This document shows, in pieces, positions 12,944 to 25,296 of a DNA stretch of 64,000 nucleotides. The notes under the pieces are model-generated. The model saw nothing but the letters and a program-made list of their open reading frames with translations, was not told where the DNA came from and did not search any database. Source of the stretch: Octopus vulgaris (lineage: Eukaryota). A program made the position numbers and the translations under genes. Position 1 is the stretch's first letter. Each line of letters starts with the position of its first letter. The DNA lies in the NCBI GenBank assembly GCA_951406725.2, contig OX597835.1, forward strand, positions 33,728,001 through 33,792,000. The letters are read 5' to 3'.

Positions 12944-13527
12944 TCTTTAAAGACAGTTCTTTAAAATTCCAATCAACAAAAACTGGATCTTAATGGCGAT
13001 GTGTTGGGGAGCGAAAGACGTTGTGTAATAAGAATTTGCGTACATTTCTCTGAAATTGGGTTTCTTTGGTGAAGCTAATCCCTCTCACTGATTGAAGTAA
13101 TTTAAATGAGTTTGAACTTACTACAAGACCCGTAGTTTTGGGGGAAGGGGCAAGTTGATTACATATATTTCAGAGCTTAACTGATGCTTATTTTATTGAT
13201 CCGAAAGGATGGAAGGCAAAGTCTACCTCGACAGAATTTGAATTCAGAACGTAAAGAACCGGAAGAAATATTACCACATATTTTGTCCGACATGCTTGTG
13301 ATTCTGTTAGCTCTAGGCTTTTAGATAAATTTAAATAATGACGTTGTAAATTATTATCTCTACACAAAGCACAAATAGTAAAGCGAAAATAGTTTATATT
13401 TTAATCGAAAAATTAATCGTTGAGGAAAAAATAATTACTGTTAATGATGTAGAAAACTCATTTTAATGAAGCTATACAATGCGGTAGTATTAATTTGAAG
13501 TTTGTCCAGGTGACAACTTTAGACCAT

Positions 13528-13756
13528 GGCGAGCTGGCAGAAACGTTAGCACGCCGGGCGAAATGCTTAGCAGTATTTCGTCTGCCGCTACGTTCTGAGT
13601 TCAAATTCCGCCGAGGTCGACTTTGCCTTTCATCCTTTCGGGGTCGATTAAATAAGTACCAGTTACGTACTGGGGTCGATGTAATCGACTTAATCTGCTT
13701 GTCTGTCCTTTTTTGTCCTCTCTGTGTTTAGCCCCTTGTGGGTAGTAAAGAAATAG
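13528..13756 (+). mobile_element. SINE family B monomer
   Basis: GGCGAGCTGGCAGAAACGTTAGC...GAGTTCAAATTCC...GTAGTAAAGAAATAG. A more diverged minus-strand copy lies at ~13140-13320. Confidence 0.85.
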
Positions 13757-14209
13757 ATTCTCGTCAGCCAATCATATGATTCAAAGGCTTACTAAGAACT
13801 TACTGAGATAAATAGAAGTATTTTGCATAAAGAACTGTTACTGATTATGAAAATAAAATAACGGTTTCTTAACATACGTACTAGGCTAAGAATCTTGAGA
13901 GGGGCTTAAGCGATACTATCGGCGCCACTATCTGAAGATGTTTCAAGGGCGGTTTAAACACCACAAATCGATGTGTGACTATAAGTATTGAAATTTAATT
14001 AGTTCAAATTAAGCTAATAGCAATTGCAGTTTTTCGATACATTAGTAAGTTACTAGCGGGGATTGACGCATAAATGATAGAGACTATAAGCAATGGAATA
14101 GTTCAAACGATGTTGAAAACCATGTGGGAAATAAATACAGAGTGTTTCATTACTTCTTGCAAACCAGTGAGCCATTCGATCAGGAGTTGCTATAACATTC
14201 CAATGCTTC

Positions 14210-14720
14210 AGTAAATACTTATTAACGTTGCAACATTTGATGAAGAACTCTGATCTGCTACTTGAAAGTAGACTTATTAAGACTGCAAAACATGAAACTC
14301 TTTTCAGTTATGCATAACCTGCAACTTTGCGTACCATTTCTATATAGCTTGTATGTCTCGGGGAACTTCCATTTAATGTTGATGGTGGTAGCTTGTTATT
14401 TCAAATTCTAGATTTAAGTGGTTTCTTTCAGTTTTCCTCTATTTTATATTTCTGAGGTCGAAATTATCGCCTAAGTTTCATTGTTTAAATTTACCAGTTA
14501 TCAAAGGGGCAAAGTAATTACGCGGAATATATAGATTTGGTTTGCTTCCGTTTCATCCAGTTTGGTTTTGTGGAGGTAACCCCTATCTGGTAGATAATTT
14601 CTTCAATTGTGAATAGTTAAGCGTAGTCGTACTGGGATGTCTACATGCAGAGTTTAACTACTGTTGATTCGGTTGATCTGATTGTTGATTTTCCCTTATC
14701 GATGGTACTGTTGTAAAATA
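14210..14720 (-). pseudogene. Decayed Penelope-like GIY-YIG endonuclease C-terminal region
   Basis: Manual minus-strand translation across frameshifts gives IEEIIYQIGVTST (~14604-14570), NIKWK...LYRNGTQSCRLCITEK (~14380-14300) and RSEFFIKCCNVNKY. These resemble the PLE motifs xxIYQ, IxWxI, CxLCxxE and RxExxxKCRHxxK. Confidence 0.55.
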
Positions 14721-15234
14721 TCTTGTGTGTTTGCATATCTACAAACACACATGAATGTGTGTGTGTTCGTGTGTGTATGTGTGATAGAAAGACAGAGAGC
14801 AAGAGAGAGAGAGAAGGAAGAGAATATGAGAGAAAATAATGAGGGAGGAGAAAATAGTTGCGGGGATAGATAGGATGACTGATAGATTTAAAATGTTAAG
14901 TTCGCGTATTCCGGAAATGGTGTTTTTATGTCCGGAACTGAAATATTTCTGTCAGATTTTAGTCTAAAGTTGTAAAATGGGATAAACATAACACTTGATA
15001 ACTGGCATTAATGACAAAATTTTCTCTTTAATAACAAAATAACTTTTAATTATCTATTGCAACATTTACTTTCATTGAATAAATATTGATTATATGTGAG
15101 TGTGTGTCTGTGTGTGTGTACGCGCGTGTTTGTATGTGTGAGTGTATGTGTATGAGTATGGTTCCTTCTGTTTGTGTCTGCTGGACTTTCAGACGCTTTT
15201 GCTTCCTAATACACACACAGCTATCTGTCAATCT

Positions 15235-15254
15235 CTCTACCTGCCTGCCTATCC

Positions 15255-15315
<61 letters not shown>
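15235..15315. repeat. (ATCT)n microsatellite, 5' flank of the Tx1 element
   Basis: Tandem ATCT units. Confidence 0.95.
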
Positions 15316-15316
<1 letters not shown>

Positions 15317-15512
15317 GGACGTGCTGTCACTTCGGCTCCGAAGGTAATCGTTTATTTTGACTATTTATAGCCCATATTTTGTGTACATTTTTGTAAATAA
15401 GTTGTGTAAGGCACCCAACTTTCGTTTGAGTGCTTTTCCAAGGGAGGAATTCGCCCCTAGGGGCAATTTCAACCCCATTCCATTTCTGTAATTTTCTTCT
15501 CAACATTAGAAA

Positions 15513-17391
15513 ATGTCGAGAAATTGTATTGTAGAACGCTGGTCGCGTTCCTTTATCGACCAAAATTTTCCTAGTTTGGAAACGCTAGGAGAAAAAAAGA
15601 ACGTATGCACGCAAAGTGCAAACATGAATAACGGTCGAATGAACGCTGCAACCACGTGCGGTAACAGCCCTGTCACCACCGCCACCACCACCACTAACAA
15701 CAGCAACCACGAGACTACTACTGCTACCACCACCAACTCCACCACCAACACCACCACCACCACCACCACCACGACCAACATAAATGATAAAAATAAAACT
15801 CACACGAAAACTATTGACAAAAACAACAACAACAACAAGAACAACAATAAAAATGAACTATCTAATAGTGAAGATGTTAATATAACAGAATTAACAAACC
15901 AACAAATTTCGCTGACACTCTGCGTCAGAAGAAACAGATTATACATTTCACGAACGAAGAACTTTTAGAAACAAGATCTCTCTTTACAACCAGAGGGCAA
16001 GATTTAGTGCTACATACACCTCAACACATAAAGCAAGAAATAGAAAATAAGACAATTATTTATAAAATTATAAGAATAAACAAAAAACTAAATGAACAGA
16101 TTACAAAAACGGATGTAGAAAAATGCTTAAAAAACATAATGAAAAAAAAAGAATACATAAACTGGGGTCCCCAGTTTCACACAGTAGTGGTCCGCTTCCC
16201 TAACCAGGAAGTGGCAAAAGCTCACTCTACTGAGTCTTTGGAAAATGATGATATCATCATGGTCCCATACTACAAAAATCAGAGAGTGAGTTGAATCACT
16301 ATTAAAAATGTACCCCCGATATTCCTAACAAATGGATAACAGGGGCAATCTGTTATCATTTGAAAACTATCAATATTTTGGAAACCGCCGTGTACCGAAA
16401 CGACAATTGGGGTGGAAAAACTATAGTGGTGACCATACAGATTGAAGGGGCCTCTATCGAGAGCCTACCGGATAAGATCCACTTGGAAAATGGGCAAAGC
16501 CTATATATTATAGCAGAAGGCAAAAACCTAGATGCTACAACTGTGGCAGCCCCGAACATTTCATTGCCAAGTGCGCTCTGGTACAGAAAAAACAAGAAAG
16601 AACAAATCAGAAAACAAATAAAAAAACCCTTGTTGCCAACACCAACACCAACACACTCAATTATGGAACAATGCCAAGAAAAACAACAAACCAGCAAACA
16701 AACCCCAACAACATCACCAAGAAAAGAAACAGTACCAACACAATCACCGTTGACGTCACAACCAATTCAATATGTTGAATCAACAGAAAATAGACCAACA
16801 CCCACACCGAGGACGACAATTAAAAAGACAGAAAACAGTGACGAGAAGACAAATTCTACTCCTAACACCACAACAACACAAACACCGCACAAAACATCAA
16901 CAATTTTTACAAGCATATATATTTATGCAAATGCTTTGCCTTTATCTTCTACTGATACGTCGGACGACGAAAGTTCGACGGAATGGCAAATAGCCACAGG
17001 GGGTAAAAGGAAAAGATCCAAAAAATCCACCAAACAAGGAATTAAAGCAGGGAGATATCTAACTCCGGACAACATCCCCCTAGACAATCAAAAAAGCAAT
17101 GAACCCGTAAAACCACACCCACAACTAACTGCAATAGACACAGACAATAAAGAATTAATGGACTACATCACATACAACACGGTCATCTGTGAAGATGACT
17201 TTAAGACAAACAATCATCCGCACACCACACCACCGAAACACATCAGAATTTTACACATAACACAAGCACAACACCACATACTGAAAACAATATTTCCGAA
17301 TGCGGTAGGCGGGTTTCAACGATACCTGTCGAAAAAACTATACAAACACCTCATCAAAAACAATACAAAAGAAGAAGAAGTAAAAAATTAA
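15513..17391 (+). pseudogene. Tx1-like ORF1 (gag-like), with several frameshifts and stops
   Basis: Fragments 15513-15968, 16007-16294 and 16360-17391. Zinc knuckle CYNCGSPEHFIAKC (CX2CX4HX4C) at 16533-16574 lies in a shifted frame just after an A-run. Confidence 0.75.
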
Positions 17392-17478
17392 ACTTTTAAA
17401 ATGAGTAAGTGACCTCCCCTCTTGCCTCTTGTCTCTTCTAATGTAGTGTGTAAAACACAATTTTCGTAAGTGTCAAGT

Positions 17479-20400
17479 ATGCTTAAATTAGGTTGTGTGA
17501 ATGCGCGTGGCTTGGCGTCGGCTTGGAAGCAAGGTTACCTTCTAAACGACATCAAGTCACTGAACGTGGATATAGTAGCTATCAGTGAAACCAGACTCAG
17601 TAAGCCGCGGGCCCTCGAGTCCATGTTTGGCAATCAATTTGACATTTATTTTTCTCCCTGTCTGCCGAACATGGGTGGTACTGCGGTGCTTTTTCGAAAG
17701 AGTCTAAATGTAAAAGTAAGAGCAATATTCCTAGACCCGGAGGGTAGGCTGGTTTTCTTGGACGTGGATGGCAGAAATGGGTGTGCATTCCGTCTGATGG
17801 CAGTTTATGCACCGTCCTTAACGGGTCGGGCGGATTTCTTCAGACGTCTAGAGGTTTTCCTGGGTACGTCTAGACCTTTACTATTAGTAGGGGATTGGAA
17901 CGCTACCTTGGACACGCATCCAGATTATGTGGGAAGGGATAGGAATAGAAGGGGATGTAAGAGCCTCAAAGACCTGCTCAGACGTTTCCATTTGTCTGAC
18001 AGGTTCCGACTCGACCATCCGAACGTGCCAACGTGGACTTGGACAAACCGCGTCGGATCGTCGAGATCTTATCTAGATAGAATTCTATGCAGGACAGCGG
18101 ATAGGGATAGTGTAGGATGTTCACAATTTAAAATAGTCAACTACACAGATCACAAATTTGTTACGTGTACGCTCGACTTAGATAAAACACATAGGCAGGG
18201 TCCCGGTTACTGGAAACTGAACACGTCGCTGTTAGCGCGACAGGTTTACAGGAACCGGATTAGCGAGTTAATTAAGAGGGCGCTGACGGGAGCCGTCGTT
18301 AACAACCTCTGGTGGTACGCCCTGAAAATGGCAATAAAATCGGAATCAATTAGGTTTAGCAAGGAATTAGCGATAGAACGAAATAGAGTAGAGGGAGACT
18401 TGGTTAAGAAACTAGAAGAGGCACTTACCACTGGCAGCGCAACCAACGTGCTGGCTGCGAGGATGGCCCTCGGCCAACACCTCAACGCCAAGCACGAAGG
18501 TTGCGTCGTCAGAGCTAAAATGCGTGCCTTAAGGAACGAAGGGATCGAAGCTGCGCGAGAGGCCCGGGTAGCGGAGGCGCAGCGTGGCAACAGAGCCACC
18601 ATTCGGTCTCTAATAGATCAACAGAGATGCAGTTTACTCGAACCCGAAAGGATGTGTGAGGCCTTTCAACAGCACTTTGCTCGACTGTTTGGTGCGAGTG
18701 GTGGGTCGGAACGCGGGATGGATTTCAGTACCTACCTGACCGACCTGCCGCAGCTCTCGGCAAAAGAAGCGGAGTGTTGTGAAAGTTCCATCACAGCCGC
18801 TGACATGTGGGATGCGATGGCGGGCTGCGCGAGGGATAAGTCGCCTGGATTGGATGGTTTACCCTACGAGCTGTATTGTCAAATGCCAGACTAGTTTGGC
18901 GACCTCTTGGCATCAGTCTACTGCAACTAGCAACAAAACGGGAGAATCCCCGGTTTCGTGAGCCGAGGTGCAGTGACGTTGCTGAAGAAAGACCCAAACA
19001 AGGGGAATTTTATAGATAATTTCAGGCCCATCACTCTGCTCAACGCAGATTTGAAAATGTTGGCCAAAGTAATAGCCGAGAGGTTGGCGCTTGTCATTGG
19101 TAAACTGGTCGACAGGGCGCAAACATGCGCCGTGCCGGGCAGAACCATACATGACAACCTCCATCTGATGCGCTACATTTTGGACAGGGTAGTTAAGGAT
19201 CCTGACATGGGTGGGGCGCTGATAAATTTGGATCAGTCTAAAGCCTTCGATAGGGTCGACCATCGGTACTTGGCGGCCGTCCTCAGGGCGGCTGGCTTCG
19301 GTCCCGTCTTCCGCGGTTGGATCGCTGCCTTGTATAGCGGCATCCGATCGGTGATCCGGGTGAACGGTCACCTGTCGAAACCGTTTGACATCACGCGTTC
19401 GGTCCGTCAGGGGTGTCCCCTGTCGGCGCTTCTGTATGTATTGACTCTCGAGCCGCTACTGCGGAAGCTGGCGACACTGAGGGGCATCCCACGGGAACTG
19501 GGTTGCGGGACGAGCGTGTCGGCATATGCGGACGATGTCACCGTCATAGTGACGAGCGACAAACACATCAAGATGATAGGCGAGACACTAAGAAAATACG
19601 AAACGGTGACGGGAGCAAAGATTAACCCGGAAAAGTCAGTGGGTTTGCTACTCGGCACCTGGAGAAGCAAGCCCATGCCGTCCGACTGCGGTCCAGTAGT
19701 GGGACGCTGGACGGACGGACCGGTTAAATTGCTCGGGGTCTGGTTCAGTCCGGACCTCCAAATGGATAAGTACTGGGACGAGATCACGAGTAGAGTGGTC
19801 GCTCTCAGCCAAACATGGGCCGAGAGAAAGCTGTCTCTAAAATGCCGGGCGGAGGTGGCGAACGCGTACATGGCATCCGTCATCGATTACCGCCTGACCG
19901 TCGTACCTTGTCCCGACGCCACCATCACCAAACTGGAACGCATACTCTTCCGCTTCCTGTGGAAGGGTGGCGTTCCGATGGTGAGGAAGTCCATTTGCTG
20001 TCAACATCCGTTGAATGGAGGACTGGGCATGCCGTGGTTGATGATGCGCAGGCATGCGCTGAGACTGCGACATCTCTGGAACTTCATCGACGACGGTGAA
20101 CAGGTGTGGGCGCCGTTTGTGAGGCGCGACTTCCCGCAGCTCGTCTCACTGACCGAACTGCAAACGTGGATCAAAAAGAGACCGAAACTGGGCGATTGGC
20201 ACCGAGAGTGTCGCCAAGCTCTACAGCAGCTCTGCCGACCGGGGTCAAACTTGTGCAACTTACAAACGACTAAAGCGTTCTATAGAGGACTAGTGGAGGG
20301 GAGGTCCGACGACACACTCGGGGCAAACCTGGGCGTCGACGAGGAATTCCTAACCCGCCTGTTCAGGACGACGTTCGGGCCGGGGCCTATGGATAACTTC

Positions 20401-20913
20401 CAGAAATCCCTGGCTTGGCAGTGCTATCGAGACGCACTACATGTTCGAGAGAAGAGCTACAGACACGGTTCGAAAACCATCACCGGACCGACCTGCCCGA
20501 GATGCGGTCAGAGCGACGAAACCGTTCTGCACGCACTCGTGCAGTGTCCAGATATTTCAGAGCTGTGGTCCTTCGTCGAACAGCTGTTGTCACGTGTAGG
20601 TCTGGCTCGCCTATCGGCCGAGTCTATCGTGAATATTGTTCCACCACCTTCCTTTAAACGGGAAGGGAAAACGGTTTTCGTTGCGCTGATTGCTATAGCG
20701 AAAGAATGTGTGTGGTGGACGCGTTTGAAAGGACTGCAAACAAACACCTTCCTCTCTGGTCAGTCTCTCGTCAACTTTTTCAAGTACCACTTGAAAAGGA
20801 GGATGAGAATTGAGAGGAAGGCTTTGTCGAACGAATGTTTTAATAAAAAGTGGGTAAAATTGGAAAAAATGGTCAGTATGAAAGACGACACTATTTTAAG
20901 CATAAATCTGTAA
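17479..20913 (+). pseudogene. Tx1-like ORF2: AP endonuclease, reverse transcriptase and C-terminal zinc finger, with two in-frame TAG stops
   Basis: APE motifs NARGL, ISET, VYAP, GDWN, YLDRI, TDHK. RT motifs KSPGLDG, FRPITLLN, DQSKAFDRV, VRQGCPLS, YADD (19525-19536). Zinc finger CPRCGQSDETVLHALVQC. ORFs 17470-18894 and 18958-20913 share one frame, with stops at 18892 and 18928. Confidence 0.95.
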
Positions 20914-21029
20914 CCAAAAGAGACAACGAGAAGTAAGGCGACTTACTCATGAGTTCTTTTTCAAATTGTCTGAGGTGACCTTGGTCTTTTTTGTAGGTTT
21001 TTCTTTCCAAGGCTACACCTAAACTGTGA

Positions 21030-21072
<43 letters not shown>

Positions 21073-21233
21073 CCTTTTTATACACCACACAACCCACAGA
21101 TCCCTATTGATCAAACGTGTTTTTTTTTTTTTTTTTTTGTGCCCCACCCATCCCACCTCGAAAAGAAAAAATTCTACATTGTATTTCGTCCATTTTTATT
21201 CTGTGTTTAGCCTTGTGTGGCTACAGTAAAAAG

Positions 21234-21445
21234 TTATCTCTCTATCTATTTATCTATCTATTTGTCAATCGTTCTATCTACCTATCTATCTGTCTGTCTG
21301 TCTGTCTGTCTATCTACTTATCTATGTACATTATCCATCTATCTAACTACCAACCTATCTATCTCTCTATCTATTTATCTATCTAACTATCTAACTATCT
21401 ATCTATCTTCAATCGTTCTATCTATCTATCTGTCTATCTATCATC
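21234..21445. repeat. Degenerate (ATCT)n microsatellite, 3' flank of the Tx1 element
   Basis: Tandem ATCT/GTCT units. Confidence 0.9.
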
Positions 21446-21699
21446 AACATCGCTGGTGGCCTCCATATCTATGTCTAATAAACTGAAATCTTTGAGTAGA
21501 CAGCTTTCTTTCCAAAGTGACCCTAGCTATCCTCATTCAGACCCTAGTTATCGTACATTCAAAATCTTGTTGGATAAAAAGGAAATGAAACAAAAAACTT
21601 TCTATGTAAAGACTAACAATTCGTTCTTCCGGTTATCGCGGGAGTTTCCACCGATAAATTTTTGTTATCCTTTCTTCCTTTGACCCCTTGGATATATTC

Positions 21700-21942
21700 C
21701 ATCAGGATATTTTGATTTTATCATTTATTTCTTCTTTTTTTTTAACGTGGTGTGTTGGTGTGATGAAACCGCTGTGTGTAATATACTTGCTTGCTGAAGG
21801 ATATAATCTGTTGATCCTTGTTAGTTTGTATTTTTTATGGATATCTAATTTATGATGTTTATTCGCGAGCTGGGCTTTATTTTTTGCGGGTAGCATTCTT
21901 GTTGAATTTAGTGTAGTTTGTGCTGAGTTTGCTAGTAGTGCT

Positions 21943-21974
<32 letters not shown>

Positions 21975-22720
21975 GGTTTAAATGGGAATCTAAGTGGTGG
22001 TGATGATGATGATGATGATGATGACGACGACGATGAGGATGATGATGACGACGACGATGATGATGATGATGATGATGATGGTAGCCCTGAAGAGAATAAC
22101 TTACCTTTGCTGTTTCTTCTTTTGTTGTTGTTGTTTTCGTAGTTGTTGCTGTTGTTGATGCTATTGATGTTGGAATGATGACGCTAATAGATGTCATTTT
22201 CAGCTGTTTTTTTATGTTGTTGTTGTTGCTGCTGCTACTGCTGCTACTGCTGCTGCCGCTGGGAACAGGTAGCCTTGAGTTGATCGGTGTTTCCACAAAA
22301 GTGGCATCTATGTTTTCAATCCCTTACTACCATCTACAGTTGCTGAGATTCAGGTAGAGCATGGATCCTAACCAGTTCTTCAGATTTCACCCGAATCAGA
22401 ATTTTCAACCCCCTTTTTCCCATACAGAATTTTTTTAGCAGCGTGCTACGTTTCCCTAACAGTATGTTTTTCTAACTCAATTTTTCTAACTCAATTCAGC
22501 TTACTTTGGGAGTATACGCTCCAAATTATACCTCTTCAACGATAGTTAGCTGCATACCACCGTTCTTCTGTCTGTTTTACTCTGAGAGCTGTGTTGGTAT
22601 CGGAAGTAAAACTTTTCAACAGAGTCTATTGATGTACTTTTTTCTGCTTTTTCCTCGTAGTGATGTCTTTTATCCGATGGGTCAAAAAGAAAGGTTTTTG
22701 TAACACCTGTAAATGAGTAA
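21700..22720 (-). pseudogene. Decayed Tx1/L1-like ORF1 remnant
   Basis: Minus strand RCHFCGNTDQLKATC at 22309-22265 (knuckle with H>Q). Upstream ILIRVKSEELVRIHALPES resembles VVVRFPNQEVAKAHSTES in the neighbouring ORF1. Trinucleotide tracts follow. Confidence 0.5.
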
Positions 22721-22724
22721 ACCT

Positions 22725-22850
22725 TGAGTCGATTAGAAATAATTCCATGTGAATATATGGTGGTGTTGGTGGTAGGAATTAAGTACGTTTGTGGAAATAG
22801 TGTGGGAAGAGAGGGTTCGAAACCGTTGCTTTGTGTGAAATACAGTCAAA
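22725..22850 (+). repeat. ~125-bp dispersed repeat; second copy ~25657-25781
   Basis: TGAGTCGATTAGAAATAATTCCATGTGAATATATGG...GGGTTCGAAACC...GAAATACAGTCAA occurs twice and contains a Pol III B-box-like GGTTCGAAACC. Confidence 0.75.
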
Positions 22851-23326
22851 ATTGCTTCTAATTTTGTTGATGTTGTTGTTGTTTCTGTTCCTGCTGCTGC
22901 CGCTGCCGCTGCTCACACTGCTTGTTATTGATGTTATTTTAATGGCCTCATTATTGCTGCTGCTCAATCTTGTCGGGTGCTAGAAATGGTAGCGGTAGAA
23001 ATGAATTCCTCTCACGGACATGCTACTCTGCTTCACATATCGTTGCTTCGCCAGTTATAGTTTTTGTGGTTATTGCTACTGCCTGATGCTCCTGTTATTG
23101 TTGCTGCTGTTGTTGTTGTTGTTGTTGTTAAGCAACAAGCGGGGTAAGGGTCATTAGGTGATGGTCTAGGGCTTAGAGGCAGGAGACCCCAGACCTTGGA
23201 AAAAAACAAAACTTTGGTCGTCTTGTTGTAGTCGAGGGCTCTTCGTTGACGCCCGACACCGCTGGGAGGTGGCCCTCTAAGTCGCTGGAAATGGAGATCC
23301 TTAGGTCCAAGTTCTTGAACGGCTGC

Positions 23327-23403
23327 TGCTGCTGCTGGTGATGATGATGATGCTGATGATGATGAAGATGATGATGATGATGGTGGTGGTGGTGATGAGG
23401 ATG

Positions 23404-23436
<33 letters not shown>

Positions 23437-23456
23437 ATGATGATGATGACGATGAC

Positions 23457-23495
<39 letters not shown>

Positions 23496-23589
23496 AATGG
23501 TGGTGGTGGTGGTGGTGGTGATGATGAGGATGATGGTGGTGGTGATTATGATGATGGTGGTGATGATGAAGATGATGATGATGATGATT

Positions 23590-23625
<36 letters not shown>

Positions 23626-23645
23626 ATGATGATGATGACGATGAC

Positions 23646-23696
<51 letters not shown>

Positions 23697-23749
23697 GGTG
23701 GTGATGATGAGGATGATGGTGGTGGTGGTCATGATGATGATGGTGGTGG

Positions 23750-23793
<44 letters not shown>

Positions 23794-23836
23794 ATGATGA
23801 TGATGATGATGACGATAACGATGATGATGATGATGT
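23327..23836. repeat. Compound (GAT/GGT)n trinucleotide array with ~180-bp higher-order duplication
   Basis: Variant blocks (GGAGAT...GACGATGACG...GGTGGT...GAGG) recur in the same order. Confidence 0.9.
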
Positions 23837-24301
23837 AATTAATACTCCTGGTGTTATTGGTCATTAATACAGTTATGATAATCTCTAGTGAGAGATATTG
23901 ACTGTGAACGACAGTTTCACCTTCAAAGACATCTCTTTCATTTTCTTCTCTTGCTGATCTGACAGTAAAGATGAAAGCAAGGAAAACCATTTTGAAACTT
24001 TTGTTTCGATTCGATTTCTTATTTCTTTCCTTTTATGTTTTTTCAAAGGTTGCTCTATGCAGCAAGTAACAAAAGAAGGCTTACCAGTCTCTTACACTCC
24101 AGGTTAGCCACGCTTAATAACAAGAGGAAACAAGAAGATTAACAAATAAAACCCTCTGGAAAGGAAAGCAAAACTTCTAAAGCTAAGGTTGTAAAAACCC
24201 TTCAAGAAGCGCTGAAGAAGGGACACTGATAAATCAATTAGGAATTAGTGAGTGTGCCTACCTCTATGCGCACGCGCGTGTGTGTGTATGTGTGTGAATA
24301 T

Positions 24302-24351
<50 letters not shown>

Positions 24352-24353
<2 letters not shown>

Positions 24354-24571
24354 CTTTTACTCTTTTACTTGTTTCATTCATTTGACTTCAGTCGAGAAAA
24401 TCGCCCCCAGTACTTATTCTTTGTAAGCCTAGTACTTATTCTGTCAGTCTCTTTTGCCGAACCGCTAAGTTACGAAGATGTAAACACACCAGCATTGGTT
24501 GTCAGGCGATGTAGCGATGTTGAGGGGACAAACGCAGACACACAAACACACGCACACTCACACACACACAT

Positions 24572-24637
<66 letters not shown>

Positions 24638-24790
24638 GACGGGCTTCTTTCAGTTTCCGTCTACCAAATCTACTCACAAGGCTCTGGACGGCCGAGGCTA
24701 TAGTAGAAGACACTTGCCCAAGATGCCACGCAGTGGTACTGAATCCGAAACCATATGGTTCGTTAGCAAGCTACTTACCACACAGCCACT
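24352..24790 (-). mobile_element. SINE family A
   Basis: Reverse complement of the family A sequence with internal (CA)n(TA)n. Confidence 0.85.
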
Positions 24791-25065
24791 CGTATGTATG
24801 TATGTATGTATTTATATTAAGTACTGGACAGAGAAAACGAAGGCAATACGCAAGGTTCGTTTTGAAAAATGTATTAGTTCAAAATATAAAAGAGTGAAAG
24901 ATGTTCTTGATATTTTGGACACCGGACCTTCGTCAAAAAAAAATAAAAAGCATTACCTTTCCTATTGAGATTTCATGCAGATGTTGTCCCTAGGTAATTT
25001 CCACCTCATGTAACTTTCTACCAATGTTAAAATCAATATAACTGCTGTTGCTTCTTTTAATACAT

Positions 25066-25296
25066 ATTTCTTTACTACCCACAAGGGGCTAAACACTGAG
25101 AGGACAAACAAGGACAGACAAACGGATTAAGTCGATCATATCGACCCCAGTGCGTAACTGGTATTTATTTAATCGACACCGAAAGGATGAAAGGCAAAGT
25201 CGACCTCGGCGGAATTTGAACTCAGAACGTAGCGGCAGACGAAATGCGGCTACGCATTTCGCCCTGCGTGCTAACAATTCTACCAGCTCACCGCCT
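25066..25296 (-). mobile_element. SINE family B monomer
   Basis: Matches family B; flanking GCTT(C/A)TTTTAATACA is a probable TSD. Confidence 0.85.

Larger units (their letters stand above)
15317..21233 (+). mobile_element. Near full-length Tx1/L1-clade non-LTR retrotransposon (inactivated)
   Basis: 5' UTR, disrupted ORF1 with CCHC knuckle, ORF2 with APE+RT+CCHC, and a T-rich 3' UTR ending AGTAAAAG directly before (ATCT)n. Confidence 0.9.

Noticed and set aside
18892-18930. Programmed stop-codon read-through in ORF2
   Set aside because: Two separate TAGs at positions expected to be Leu and Trp are simpler to explain as nonsense mutations or sequencing errors.
23301-23990. Poly-M/I ORFs and an open minus-strand frame continuing to ~23010
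   Set aside because: Trinucleotide repeat; the adjacent unique frame has no recognisable domain or clear splice structure.
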